64,000 nt of DNA from positions 1-64,000 of the forward strand of contig JAXLYG010000023.1 of NCBI GenBank assembly GCA_046351535.1, given 5' to 3'. Of this stretch, positions 18,355 through 27,315 are shown piece by piece (the stretch's first letter is position 1; the number at the start of each line of letters is the position of its first letter). A program made the translations under genes and the position numbers. The notes under the pieces were generated by a model that had not been told where the DNA came from, did no database searches, and saw only the letters and a list, made by a program, of their open reading frames with translations. This DNA comes from Polyangiales bacterium (GTDB taxonomy: Bacteria > Myxococcota_A > Polyangia > Polyangiales > Ga0077539).

Positions 18355-20253
18355 TCACTCCAGCGGCGAGAGGACCGCCGCGCCGTTCGCGCGGATGCGG
18401 GCCTCCTGCGCGATGCCCACGGCGGGCGTGTCGTAGGCCACGGCGGCCTCGTCGAAGCGCTTGCTGCCGTCGACGGGGTGATCGCCCGACGTTCCGTTCC
18501 GCATCACCTGCGTGTTCACCGTCGCGTGGATCGCGTCGAGCATCACGTGCCCGCACTCGTGCGGTCCGCTCACGGGGTTGTTGTCGGTGCCGTCCATCAC
18601 GATCTGCGCGACGGTCGCCGAGCGGATCACCTGCGCGATCGCCTGGCGCCCCGCCGTGTAGATGTTCCCCGGCATGAGGGCCTGCCCGCGGTCGCCTGAG
18701 GTGTGCGCGCCGATGACGAAGAGGTCGATGCGGTCGCTGCCCGTGTCGTAGGCCTGCGCGAGCACGCGCTGCTGGATCGACCCGATGACCCAGTCCTGCC
18801 GACCGCCCGCGGCCCAGCCCACGAAGGCGCCGACGTTCACGCGCCCCACGGTGATCGTCTGCGAGGGATCATTCGCGGCGAGGGCCTCGACGGTCACGCG
18901 TCCGCCGTCGGGGTCCGTGATCACGATGTCCGCGGAGCCTCCCGCGATGGTGACGTCGAGCGGCGGCGGGTTCTGCACCACGCGCACGTTGAAGGTCCCG
19001 TCGGCGTTGATGAGCGCCGCGAGCGCGTTGGCCGTCGTGATCGGCGTGTCGCCCGCGGTGAACGCGCGCGGACCGATGACCGCGACCTTGTCGGCCACGC
19101 CCGCCCTCGTCGCGCGAAGCGTGAAGCGCGCCTGACGCCCCGCGCCGCCCGTCGCGTTCGCGCCCGTGTAGTCCGAGACGGAGATGAGGTTCTCGAGGGG
19201 ATCGACGGTGCGCACGAGCTTGAGGTCGGGCGCCATCGAGATCTGCGCGTAGAGCCTGCGCCACCACTTGAAGACGCGGACGCGCGCGTCGTCTTCGGTC
19301 ACCACGCCCGCCGCGCCCGGCGCCGTTCGCACGATGTGAACCGCGAGCGCGATGCGTGAGCGGGTGGCGCCGCCGACGGTGGCGCGCGCGGCGACGACCT
19401 CGCCCGACGAGCCCGTGTAGCGCACGCGGACGTACTGCCCGAGGATGTCGACGGCGTGATCGGTCGAGTCCCAGTCGGTGAGGAGCGTCTGCGTGGGCGC
19501 CGCGGCGAGGTCCTGGTCGTCGACGACGAGGCGCAGGTAGCGCGAGCGAAAGCGCTTCGTCCCCGCGACGCGGTGGAGCTCGACCTGCAGCGTGCGCGCG
19601 GGCGCGAAGTCCGCCGGGTCGTGGTCGAGGGGGATCCAGAGGCGCTCGCCCACGTGAATCACATTGGGGTCGGGATGCGCCGCGGCCCACGCGCGGTTGC
19701 GCGGGTGCAGCGTGATCGTGCGCCAGTCTTCGATGCCGTAGCGCGCGGCGATGCGCGAGAGCGACTCGCCCGCCGCGACGACGTGCGTGCGCCCGTTCCG
19801 CAGCGCTTCGAGCGTGACGCGCGCCGCGGGGATCGAGTCTCCCCCTTCGCCCTCGTCTTCGACCTCGATCTTGAAGTTGTCCCGGTCCGTCGACGGGTCG
19901 GTGAAGCCCGCGGGGAGGTCCGCGGTGGTGACGCGGTTGCTCACCTCGACGCGCGTGCGCACCACGGCGGCGGGCGCGGCGGGAGCCCCGAGGTCGTCGA
20001 CGATGCGCACCACCGCGGGCTTCGCGACGACGGCCCTGAACTCGTGGATCGACTCGGTGCCGCCCGCGAGGACCTTCACCTCGGGGTCGGGGATGGTCAC
20101 CGCGTCGCCGGGGAGGCACTTCCACGTCTCGTGTCGCTTCGCGCGGAGGGCGGCGTTGGCCGCGTGGTCCCAGATCGCGCGCCACGACGCGAAGCCGTTC
20201 TCCTTCGCGTAGCGGGTGAAGCTGTCTCCCTCCGCGTAGCGCACGGTCCTCAC
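18355..20253 (-). CDS. LysM-domain protein with C-terminal HExxH motif (candidate T6SS cargo/effector)
   Basis: Two LysM-like segments (YAEGDSFTRYAKENGFASWRAIWDHAANA...PGDAVTIP; HVVAAGESLSRIAARYGIEDWRTITLHPRN...GERLWIP). C-terminal GPHECGHVMLDAIH (HExxH). 632 aa. 4-bp overlaps with both neighbours. Confidence 0.7.
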   Translation of the reverse strand: MRTVRYAEGDSFTRYAKENGFASWRAIWDHAANAALRAKRHETWKCLPGDAVTIPDPEVKVLAGGTESIHEFRAVVAKPAVVRIVDDLGAPAAPAAVVRTRVEVSNRVTTADLPAGFTDPSTDRDNFKIEVEDEGEGGDSIPAARVTLEALRNGRTHVVAAGESLSRIAARYGIEDWRTITLHPRNRAWAAAHPDPNVIHVGERLWIPLDHDPADFAPARTLQVELHRVAGTKRFRSRYLRLVVDDQDLAAAPTQTLLTDWDSTDHAVDILGQYVRVRYTGSSGEVVAARATVGGATRSRIALAVHIVRTAPGAAGVVTEDDARVRVFKWWRRLYAQISMAPDLKLVRTVDPLENLISVSDYTGANATGGAGRQARFTLRATRAGVADKVAVIGPRAFTAGDTPITTANALAALINADGTFNVRVVQNPPPLDVTIAGGSADIVITDPDGGRVTVEALAANDPSQTITVGRVNVGAFVGWAAGGRQDWVIGSIQQRVLAQAYDTGSDRIDLFVIGAHTSGDRGQALMPGNIYTAGRQAIAQVIRSATVAQIVMDGTDNNPVSGPHECGHVMLDAIHATVNTQVMRNGTSGDHPVDGSKRFDEAAVAYDTPAVGIAQEARIRANGAAVLSPLE

Positions 20254-21107
20254 GGCGAAGCCTCCGGCGCGAGCACGGCGCGGAGGCTCCCCGCGGCGCG
20301 CAGCTCGGTGACCTCTTCGGCGCTGAGGTCACCGCCGAAGACCTGCACCGCGGCGAGGGCCTTCGCGCGCTGCCCCGCGGGCGCGTCGTCGCCCATGCGC
20401 GCGAGGCACCGTCGAAACGCGGCCATCGGACGCGACGGGTCGCTGAACCCGACGCGCGCGAGGAGCCACACGCACGCGGGTTCGAGGTGCTCGCGCCAGG
20501 TCATGTCGCGGCCGACGTAGACGTCGGCGCAGCGATCGAGGCGCGCCTCCTCGGAGGGCTGCGCGGTGATGCTCCGCCACGCCGCGAGGGCCTCGGTGAG
20601 CCGCGGAAGGGCGACGTCGCGCACGTCGGCGGCCTCGCGCGCGAGGAGGCCCGCCTGCGGGTCGCGCGACGAGACCTGCTCGCGAACGAAGCCGTCGAGG
20701 CGAGCGCTCAGCGTCGAGGCGTCACCGAGCGCCCACGCGACGGGGAGGAGCTCGGCGAAGCGATCGTTCCAACGCGGGTGCTGCGCGATGGGCGCGAAGG
20801 CGGCGGAGGCCTCTTCGCGGGCGCGCGTGTCACCGACGAGGGCGACGGCGCGAACGGCCTGTGCAGCCACGGCGAGGGCGTTCGCGTCGCGGCCTTCGGG
20901 GCGCATGCGAGGGCGCCACGCGTCGACGGCGGCGTCGAGGTGATAGAAGGCCGTGAGCTCCGCGAGGCGCGTCGCGGGCATCGGGGCGAGGTCTGCCGCG
21001 CGGAGCTGCTCGACGACGAAGCGCTCGACCTCTTCGCGCGGGAGCCCCGAGGGGAAGCGATCGGCGCGAGGGTCGAAGTGCGCGACGTAGTCGTGGAGGG
21101 TGGTCAT
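20250..21107 (-). CDS. hypothetical alpha-helical protein, first gene of vgrG operon (286 aa)
   Basis: ATG at 21107 (MTTLHDYVAHFDPRADRFPSGLPREEVERF...). No signal peptide. Ala/Leu/Arg-rich helical protein. 4-bp overlap with the downstream LysM gene. Size and position fit a T6SS adaptor (DUF4123-like) but the similarity is not established. Confidence 0.55.
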   Translation of the reverse strand: MTTLHDYVAHFDPRADRFPSGLPREEVERFVVEQLRAADLAPMPATRLAELTAFYHLDAAVDAWRPRMRPEGRDANALAVAAQAVRAVALVGDTRAREEASAAFAPIAQHPRWNDRFAELLPVAWALGDASTLSARLDGFVREQVSSRDPQAGLLAREAADVRDVALPRLTEALAAWRSITAQPSEEARLDRCADVYVGRDMTWREHLEPACVWLLARVGFSDPSRPMAAFRRCLARMGDDAPAGQRAKALAAVQVFGGDLSAEEVTELRAAGSLRAVLAPEASP

Positions 21108-21345
21108 CGAAGGGCTCCCGCGTTGGGGCGGCGGTGCGGGCGGAGCGAGCGCGCGCGCGTCGGACGAGCGCGCAGGGCGCGACCTCGTCGCAGGACATGC
21201 GAGGAGGAGGAGGAGAGAGAGGCACCAGCGTCGCGTCACCGCGCCCACGGCGCGAATGAGAGCGACAGTGTGAAGAGCGTGTCAACGGCCCACCGCGCGA
21301 TGCGCAGCGCGCAGCGCGCGCGCCGACGCGCATCGACTTCGCGGG

Positions 21346-22194
21346 CTACTCGTCGGCGACGGTGTTGCGCAGCACGCCGACGCCGCGCACCTCGACCTCG
21401 ACCACGTCGCCGCGCTTCATGAACACGGGCGGATCGCGCTTCCACCCGACGCCGCCGGGGGTTCCCGTGGCGATCACGTCGCCGGGGACGAGCTCGGTGA
21501 AGGCCGAGATGTACTCGATGAGCGCCGGCACATCGAAGATGAGCAGGTCCGTCGTCGACCGCTGCATCTCGTCGCCGTTGAGGCGCAGCACCACCTCGAG
21601 CTTCGAGGGATCGGGTAGCTCCTCGGGCGTCACGAGCCACGGGCCGAGGCCCGCCGTCGCGACGAAGTTCTTGCCCGGCGTGAACTGCGTCGTGTGCCGC
21701 TGCCAGTCGCGCACCGACGCGTCGTTGAAGCACGCGTAGCCCGCGACGTGCGCGAGCGCGTCTTCGCGGGCGACGTGTCGCGCGGGCTTGCCGATGATCA
21801 CCGCCATTTCGGCTTCGAAATCGAGCTGCGACGAGACCCTCGGGCGAACGAGCGCGCCGCCGTGGCCCACGAGCGTGTTGGCGAAGCGCGTGAAGAGCGT
21901 CGGGTACGGGACCGCGTCGCGGCCCGTCTCGAGCCTGTGCGCCACGTAGTTCACGCCGACGCAGAACACCTTGTCGGGCGACGGGATCACCGGGTCGAAG
22001 GCCACGGCGTCGAGCGCGACGTCGGCCGAGCGCTGGAGCGCGTAGTCGGCGATCTCCGCGAGCGCGCCGCGGTCGAGCGCGCTTCGAAGCGTCGGGAAGC
22101 GTCCGTCGAGGTGCCTCCCCACGTCGACGATCCCCTGATCGATGACGACGCCCCACGAGGCGACGGAGTCGATGCGATAGCTTGCGAGTCGCAT
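21346..22194 (-). CDS. fumarylacetoacetate hydrolase (FAH) family protein
   Basis: DKVFCVGVNYVAHRLE...EAEMAVIIGKPARHV...LVPGDVIATGTPGGVG are classic FAH-fold motifs. Confidence 0.85.
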   Translation of the reverse strand: MRLASYRIDSVASWGVVIDQGIVDVGRHLDGRFPTLRSALDRGALAEIADYALQRSADVALDAVAFDPVIPSPDKVFCVGVNYVAHRLETGRDAVPYPTLFTRFANTLVGHGGALVRPRVSSQLDFEAEMAVIIGKPARHVAREDALAHVAGYACFNDASVRDWQRHTTQFTPGKNFVATAGLGPWLVTPEELPDPSKLEVVLRLNGDEMQRSTTDLLIFDVPALIEYISAFTELVPGDVIATGTPGGVGWKRDPPVFMKRGDVVEVEVRGVGVLRNTVADE

Positions 22195-22245
22195 GGCGGT
22201 CTCTGTGATTTGCTGGAGGGAGTGGAGGGTGCCGCCGCGGAGCGC

Positions 22246-22797
22246 TCAGGCGCCGGGCGTGAACGAGCCGTAGCTGCGGTTGTGATAGGCGAGCGCGTCG
22301 GCCGCGCCCCCGAGGTGCATCGCGGTGACGTCGCCGAGGCAGAGCGTGTGATCGCCCGCGGCGACGAGCTCTCGCACCGTCGCGGACCACGCCCCGAGCG
22401 CGCCGGGCAGGAGCGGGACCCCGTGCGCATCGGGCGTCCAGGTGTGCACGGAGAAGGGCTCGCCGCGGCGGTCGTGGGGCGTGGCGAAGAGGTCGGCGAG
22501 GTGGCGCTGCCCGAGGGCGAGGTGATTCACCGCGAAGCACTCCGCGTCGCGCAGCATCGCGAAGGCGCTGCCCGCGTTCGAGGCCGACACCAGGATGATG
22601 GGCGGCGCCATCGAGACCGTGATGAAGCTCGTGGCCGTGAAGCCGTCGAGGAGCGGCGCAAATACCCCTACGGCGCCCTCGCGACGGCGCACCGTGATGA
22701 TCGAGACCCCGGCGGTCTGGACGCGCGCGAGGCGGCGATAGGCGTCGCCATCACCAGGGCCGAAATTCTCGAAGGGAGGCGACGTGGCGGCAGACAT
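22246..22797 (-). CDS. flavin reductase family protein (FMN-binding split barrel)
   Basis: ATG at 22797 (MSAATSPPFENFGPGDGDAYRRLARVQTAGVSIITVRRREGAVGVFAPLLDGFTATSF...). Typical HpaC/NADH:FMN oxidoreductase-like sequence. Confidence 0.8.
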   Translation of the reverse strand: MSAATSPPFENFGPGDGDAYRRLARVQTAGVSIITVRRREGAVGVFAPLLDGFTATSFITVSMAPPIILVSASNAGSAFAMLRDAECFAVNHLALGQRHLADLFATPHDRRGEPFSVHTWTPDAHGVPLLPGALGAWSATVRELVAAGDHTLCLGDVTAMHLGGAADALAYHNRSYGSFTPGA

Positions 22798-23084
22798 CGG
22801 CGCTGTCTCACTGGCGACGTGGTGACGAAGTTTTCGAAGAACTGATCGATGGGGTCGACGGAGCTCCTGGCGATGTCGCCGCTCCGACGCGTTGTGTACC
22901 CGTCTCGGGGAGGCCGCGCGAGGGTTTCTTTCGGTCGACGCCTCACGCTGCGGCCGAGGTCCGCCGTAGTGAAGGATGAGAGTCGACAAGTGATGGCTAC
23001 CTCACACGATCGCCGGTTCGAGCTTCGCGCAGTCGGCGCTGGCCCCCGCCAGACGCCCCAGATGAGCGGCATGGAGGCACTGGG

Positions 23085-25154
23085 ATGAGCGCAGATTCCG
23101 CCCTTTCGTCGGCTGCACCGGCGCTGTTCCCTCGGGAGCCGCGTCGCGTCGGCAAGTTCGATTTCCTCATGCGGCTCGGACAGGGCGGCATGGCGACCGT
23201 CTACCTGGCCCGAACGGTCAGCACGGGCGGCTTCCAGCGCCTCGTCGCGATCAAGCTGATGCACCAGTTCCTCGGGGCTGATGGGCAGTTCGTCGAGATG
23301 TTCCTCGACGAGGCCAGGGTGGCGGCCAACATCCGTCACCCCAACATCGTCTCGATCGTCGACCTGGGCACCGACGGCGACAACCTCTTCATGGTGATGG
23401 ACTACGTCGAGGGCGACACCCTCGCCGCCATCGAGGGAACCGCCGCCCGCCTCGGCCGCGCCATTCCCCTCGGGGTCGTCCTGCGGATCGTCCTCGACTC
23501 GCTCGCCGGCCTCGACGCCGCGCACGAGCTCAGGACGCCCGACGGCGTGGACCTCAAGGTCGTCCACCGCGACGTCTCTCCGCAGAACATCCTCATCGGC
23601 GTCGATGGTGCCGCGAGGCTCACCGACTTCGGCATCGCGCGCGCCGAGCAGCGCATCGCCACGACCCGCACCGGGATGCTCAAGGGCAAGGCGCCCTTCA
23701 TGGCCCCCGAGCAGTTCGAGGGAAAGCCCGTCGACCGCCGCGCCGACGTCTTCGCGATGGGCGTCACGCTCTGGGAGGCCGTCGCCCTCCGTCGCCTCTA
23801 TCCCGGCCGCGAGAGCTACGAGCAGGCCGTTCGCAACGCCCGCGCGCCGTACCGCAAGCTCAAGGACATCCTCCCGTCGGTGCCCGACAGCCTCGACGAC
23901 ATCGTCCGCAAGGCGCTCGCGCCCGACCCCGCCGATCGCTACCCCACGGCGGCCGCCTTCGCCGACGCGCTCGAAGAGGAGTTCCGCGCCATCCTCGCGT
24001 CGCACCGCCAGGTGGGATCGTTCATGTCGGCCGTCGCGTCGGAGAAGATCCAGCGCGAGCGCGACGCCGTTCGCAAGGCCCCGAAGCCCGAGGAGAGCAA
24101 CCCTCGCGCTGGCGGGCGGCCCTCGCGTTCGACCGCGTTCGGCATGCGCAGGGTCGACGAGCCCATCGCGCACACCGCCGCGAAGGCCTTCGAATCGAGG
24201 CCGCCGGAGCGCTTCCCCTCGGTGCCCCCGGAGCCGCCTGCGAACGACGTCTCGGAGGCCGACGACGACGAGGTCGAGGCCGCGCTCCAGGCGCTCAACG
24301 AGATGCCCGAAGACGTGGTCGAAGCCGCGGAGCTCCCGGTGCCGTCGCTGCACCGCGCGGCGACCCCGGCTCGGATGCGCTCCGAGGATGACCTCCCCGT
24401 GGCCCGCGGCAACACGCCGACGCGCAACGTGGGCCTCCCCGCGCGGCGCGCGCGCTCGTCGACGCTCATGCACCCGCCGCCCACGCAGACCGGCGCGCGC
24501 AAGAGCACACCCCCGCGCCTGAGGAGCACCGTCGCCAACGTCGACAACGCGCAGTTCCGCGGCGTCCCCAAGGCCCGCGGCACCATCGGCGCGCCGCCCG
24601 CCGCGCCCGCGAAGCACGACGAGCTCGACCTTCAGCCTCCGCGTCGCCGCAGGGCCCCCTCGCTCGCAGGACCGCGCGCGATGCTCGAAGCGCCGCGCAT
24701 GCCCCAGGAGCCCGTCGAGCCTCCCTCGCTCGACCTCGCGCCCGCGACGCCCGTGCCGCCGGCGCCCGTGCGTCCGAGCGTTCGCCCGCTCGGCGAAGGC
24801 ATCGCCGACTCGACCATCGAGTTCGATCTCGTCGCCCGGCAGGCGCGCAAGCACGGCGCCGAGAACAAGCTCCCGGCCACCACGATCACCGCGGCCAGCC
24901 GCGTCGAGCGCCCCCGCGCCGACGAGCGGAAGGTCAACAGCGAGGCGCGACGGCTCATCGCCGACACCGCGATCGTGCTCACGCCGACGACACCCGAACA
25001 GCCCGGCACGAAGCGTCAGCCGACGGCCGTGGCGCGCTTCCCCTCGCTCGTTCCGTCGCCGAAGACGAGCCTGCTCCAGAACCGCTGGGTCGCGGGGAGC
25101 GTCGTCGTCGCCGTGCTCTCGGTGGTCTTCTTCGTCCTCGCCCGCGGCCTCTGA
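23085..25154 (+). CDS. Ser/Thr protein kinase with C-terminal transmembrane anchor
   Basis: Hanks kinase motifs (LGQGGMATVYLA, AIK, HRDVSPQNILI, DFG, APE). Long Pro/Ala-rich linker. C-terminal TM helix (WVAGSVVVAVLSVVFFVLA). Confidence 0.9.
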   Translation: MSADSALSSAAPALFPREPRRVGKFDFLMRLGQGGMATVYLARTVSTGGFQRLVAIKLMHQFLGADGQFVEMFLDEARVAANIRHPNIVSIVDLGTDGDNLFMVMDYVEGDTLAAIEGTAARLGRAIPLGVVLRIVLDSLAGLDAAHELRTPDGVDLKVVHRDVSPQNILIGVDGAARLTDFGIARAEQRIATTRTGMLKGKAPFMAPEQFEGKPVDRRADVFAMGVTLWEAVALRRLYPGRESYEQAVRNARAPYRKLKDILPSVPDSLDDIVRKALAPDPADRYPTAAAFADALEEEFRAILASHRQVGSFMSAVASEKIQRERDAVRKAPKPEESNPRAGGRPSRSTAFGMRRVDEPIAHTAAKAFESRPPERFPSVPPEPPANDVSEADDDEVEAALQALNEMPEDVVEAAELPVPSLHRAATPARMRSEDDLPVARGNTPTRNVGLPARRARSSTLMHPPPTQTGARKSTPPRLRSTVANVDNAQFRGVPKARGTIGAPPAAPAKHDELDLQPPRRRRAPSLAGPRAMLEAPRMPQEPVEPPSLDLAPATPVPPAPVRPSVRPLGEGIADSTIEFDLVARQARKHGAENKLPATTITAASRVERPRADERKVNSEARRLIADTAIVLTPTTPEQPGTKRQPTAVARFPSLVPSPKTSLLQNRWVAGSVVVAVLSVVFFVLARGL

Positions 25155-25163
25155 ACCCGTCGC

Positions 25164-25655
25164 TCAGCTCCGCCCCTCCGCAGGCCAGAGGCGCCGAAAG
25201 CCGATGGCCAGCATGGCCCCGTCGGGCCGCGCGACCAGGGCTCCGTAGCGGCAGCGCTCGACGACGTGCCCCTCGGCCACCGCGCCGCCGCCGGCGTCGT
25301 ACAGCACCCGCCGCCCGCGCTCGATCGCACCAAACACCCGCGCGTCGGCCGACGCCTTGAGCATCTCGTCGGAGATCTCGCGCGTCGTCGCGTCGACCGC
25401 CACCACGACTTCGACGCGCGTGCGACGCACCACCGTGGCGCCGAGCCACACGTCGACCTCACGGTCGGTCTGGTGCAGCACCACGCCGAGCGAAGGGGGC
25501 TTGCCTTCGAGGCGGAGCTCGACGAAGCGTCCCGCGCCGAGGTTCGAAAGGGCCTCTCCGCCGAGGCGCTGACGCGCGCGTTCGAGGTGCAGGGGTCCGT
25601 CGTCGACGCGACCTTTGTGGTTCTGCGTGATCACCGGGAGCGAGCGCTTGGTCAT
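25164..25655 (-). CDS. hypothetical protein downstream of Ser/Thr kinase (163 aa)
   Basis: ATG at 25655 (MTKRSLPVITQNHKGRVDDGPLHLERARQRLGGEAL...). It is the only natural-looking part of the long 25164..27227 ORF. 53 bp downstream of the kinase stop and co-directional. Confidence 0.45.
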   Translation of the reverse strand: MTKRSLPVITQNHKGRVDDGPLHLERARQRLGGEALSNLGAGRFVELRLEGKPPSLGVVLHQTDREVDVWLGATVVRRTRVEVVVAVDATTREISDEMLKASADARVFGAIERGRRVLYDAGGGAVAEGHVVERCRYGALVARPDGAMLAIGFRRLWPAEGRS

Positions 25656-25708
25656 GGCGAGGCGCGAGTCTCTCGCGATGGAGCACCGCGCGTCGAGGGG
25701 CCCAGGGC

Positions 25709-27211
25709 TCAGGCTCGCAGAACGCGCACCAGCGCGATGACCACGCAGGCCGCCACGAAGATCACCCACGCCGCGACGGGGACGCGCCGACGCCGCGCCG
25801 CGCGGTTCGACTCCGTGGGAGGGCTCTGCAGCGGCGTCCAGCGCACGGGTTCGAGGGCCACCTCGACGTGCTCGACCTCGCGGTCGTCGATCACCTCGAT
25901 GGAGAGCGGCGCGACGGCCTCGGGCGGCACGGGAGTCGGGGTGGCGCCGACCTTTCGCTCCATCGGGAGCTCGCGCGTGACCGACTCGTCGGGGTCCGCC
26001 ACGCGCTGCGCGGCCTTCGGAAAGAAGCGGCTCGCGGGCGCGTTGGGGTCGGGCGCCTCCATCGATACGCGCCGACGCTGCGGCACGAGCGGGATCGGTT
26101 CGAGCACCGACGCCTCGAGCATCTCGGTGACCGACGGGAGCTTCGGCTGCGGCGCGGCGACCTGCGGCGGCGGGCGATCGGAGCCGCCCGCCACACGACG
26201 CGGCGCGGCCCTCAACGCCGCGCGCTCGCGATCGAGCTTCTCGCGCGCCACCGCGGCGATCAGGGCGCCGACCTCGCGCGACGACGCGAGCGTGGGGCCG
26301 AACGCCTGCTCGATCGCGTCGGCGAAGGCCGCCGCCGTGGGGTAGCGATCGGCGGGGTCGTGCGCGAGCGCCTTCGCGCAGATCTCGTCGAGCACCGGCG
26401 GCGCGCCCTTGAGAAAGCCGCCGAGCGGACGGTACGGGGCCCGCGCGTTCTGCCGCGCGCGCTCGTAGGTCTCGCGCCCCGTGAAGAGGCGACGAAGCGT
26501 GAGAGTCTCCCAGAGCGTGACGCCCATCGCGAAGACGTCGGCGCGGCGATCGAGCTCCGTCGCCTCGAGCTGCTCGGGGGGCATGTACGACAGCTTGCCC
26601 TTGAGCATCCCGAGGGAGGTCGCGACGAGGCGGCCGCGCGCCCGCGCGACGCCGAAGTCGGTGAGCCTCGCGGTGCCGTCGACGCCGATGAGGATGTTCT
26701 GCGGGGTCACGTCGCGGTGGACGAGGCTGAGGGGCTCGCCGCGCTCGTCGCGGAGCTCGTGCGCAGCGTGGAGCCCCGAGAGCACGTCGATCGCGATGCG
26801 CAGCGCGATGGGGATCGGCACGCCCTTTCCGAGCGCCGTCGCCGTGGACTGCACCGCCGCGAGGGTGTCTCCCTCGACGTAGTCCATCACGTTGTAGAGC
26901 AGGCCGTCTTCCATCCCCACGTCGAGAATGCTCACGACGTTGGGGTGGAGGATGTTGGCCGCGACGCGCGCCTCGTGGAGGAACATGTCGACGAAGCCGC
27001 GATCTTCGGCCAGGTGGGGGTGGAGCACCTTCACGGCCGCGAGGCGCTCGAAGCCGCGGTCGTCGCGCATGCTCCCGACGGCGCGCGCGAGGTAGACGTT
27101 CGCCATGCCCCCCGCGCCGATGCGCTCGATGACCTCGTAGCGACCGACACGGAAAGGCAGCGACCGCCCGGCCACACGTCGCGCGTCTTGCTTGGGGCGT
27201 TCTGCGGTCAT
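25709..27211 (-). CDS. Ser/Thr protein kinase with C-terminal transmembrane anchor (paralog of 23085..25154)
   Basis: IGAGGMANVYLA, AVK, HRDVTPQNILI, DFG, PPE motifs. C-terminal TM helix (VPVAAWVIFVAACVVIALV). The catalytic domain is highly similar to the convergent kinase. Confidence 0.9.
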   Translation of the reverse strand: MTAERPKQDARRVAGRSLPFRVGRYEVIERIGAGGMANVYLARAVGSMRDDRGFERLAAVKVLHPHLAEDRGFVDMFLHEARVAANILHPNVVSILDVGMEDGLLYNVMDYVEGDTLAAVQSTATALGKGVPIPIALRIAIDVLSGLHAAHELRDERGEPLSLVHRDVTPQNILIGVDGTARLTDFGVARARGRLVATSLGMLKGKLSYMPPEQLEATELDRRADVFAMGVTLWETLTLRRLFTGRETYERARQNARAPYRPLGGFLKGAPPVLDEICAKALAHDPADRYPTAAAFADAIEQAFGPTLASSREVGALIAAVAREKLDRERAALRAAPRRVAGGSDRPPPQVAAPQPKLPSVTEMLEASVLEPIPLVPQRRRVSMEAPDPNAPASRFFPKAAQRVADPDESVTRELPMERKVGATPTPVPPEAVAPLSIEVIDDREVEHVEVALEPVRWTPLQSPPTESNRAARRRRVPVAAWVIFVAACVVIALVRVLRA

Positions 27212-27315
27212 CGTGAAAGACGCCCACAACGGACGCGTCCTGCGTCTATCGTAACCGTTCTCGCGCGGTGCCGCGATGTCTCGCGGCGCCTCCCTCACGC
27301 GGAGCGCCGCGCGGG

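Noticed and set aside
15000-22000. Complete T6SS locus (tssA-M, hcp, clpV)
   Set aside because: Only vgrG and accessory genes are present. Neighbouring genes are FAH hydrolase, flavin reductase and kinases, so this is an orphan VgrG island rather than a core cluster.
22668-24854. 728-aa minus-strand ORF
   Set aside because: It is antisense to the well-supported Ser/Thr kinase (23085..25154). The sequence is Arg/Gly-rich and low-complexity with no motifs.
25164-27227. 687-aa minus-strand ORF
   Set aside because: Only its last 163 codons (25164..25655) look like a real protein. The upstream part is the out-of-frame overlap with the kinase gene 25709..27211, which lies in a different frame.
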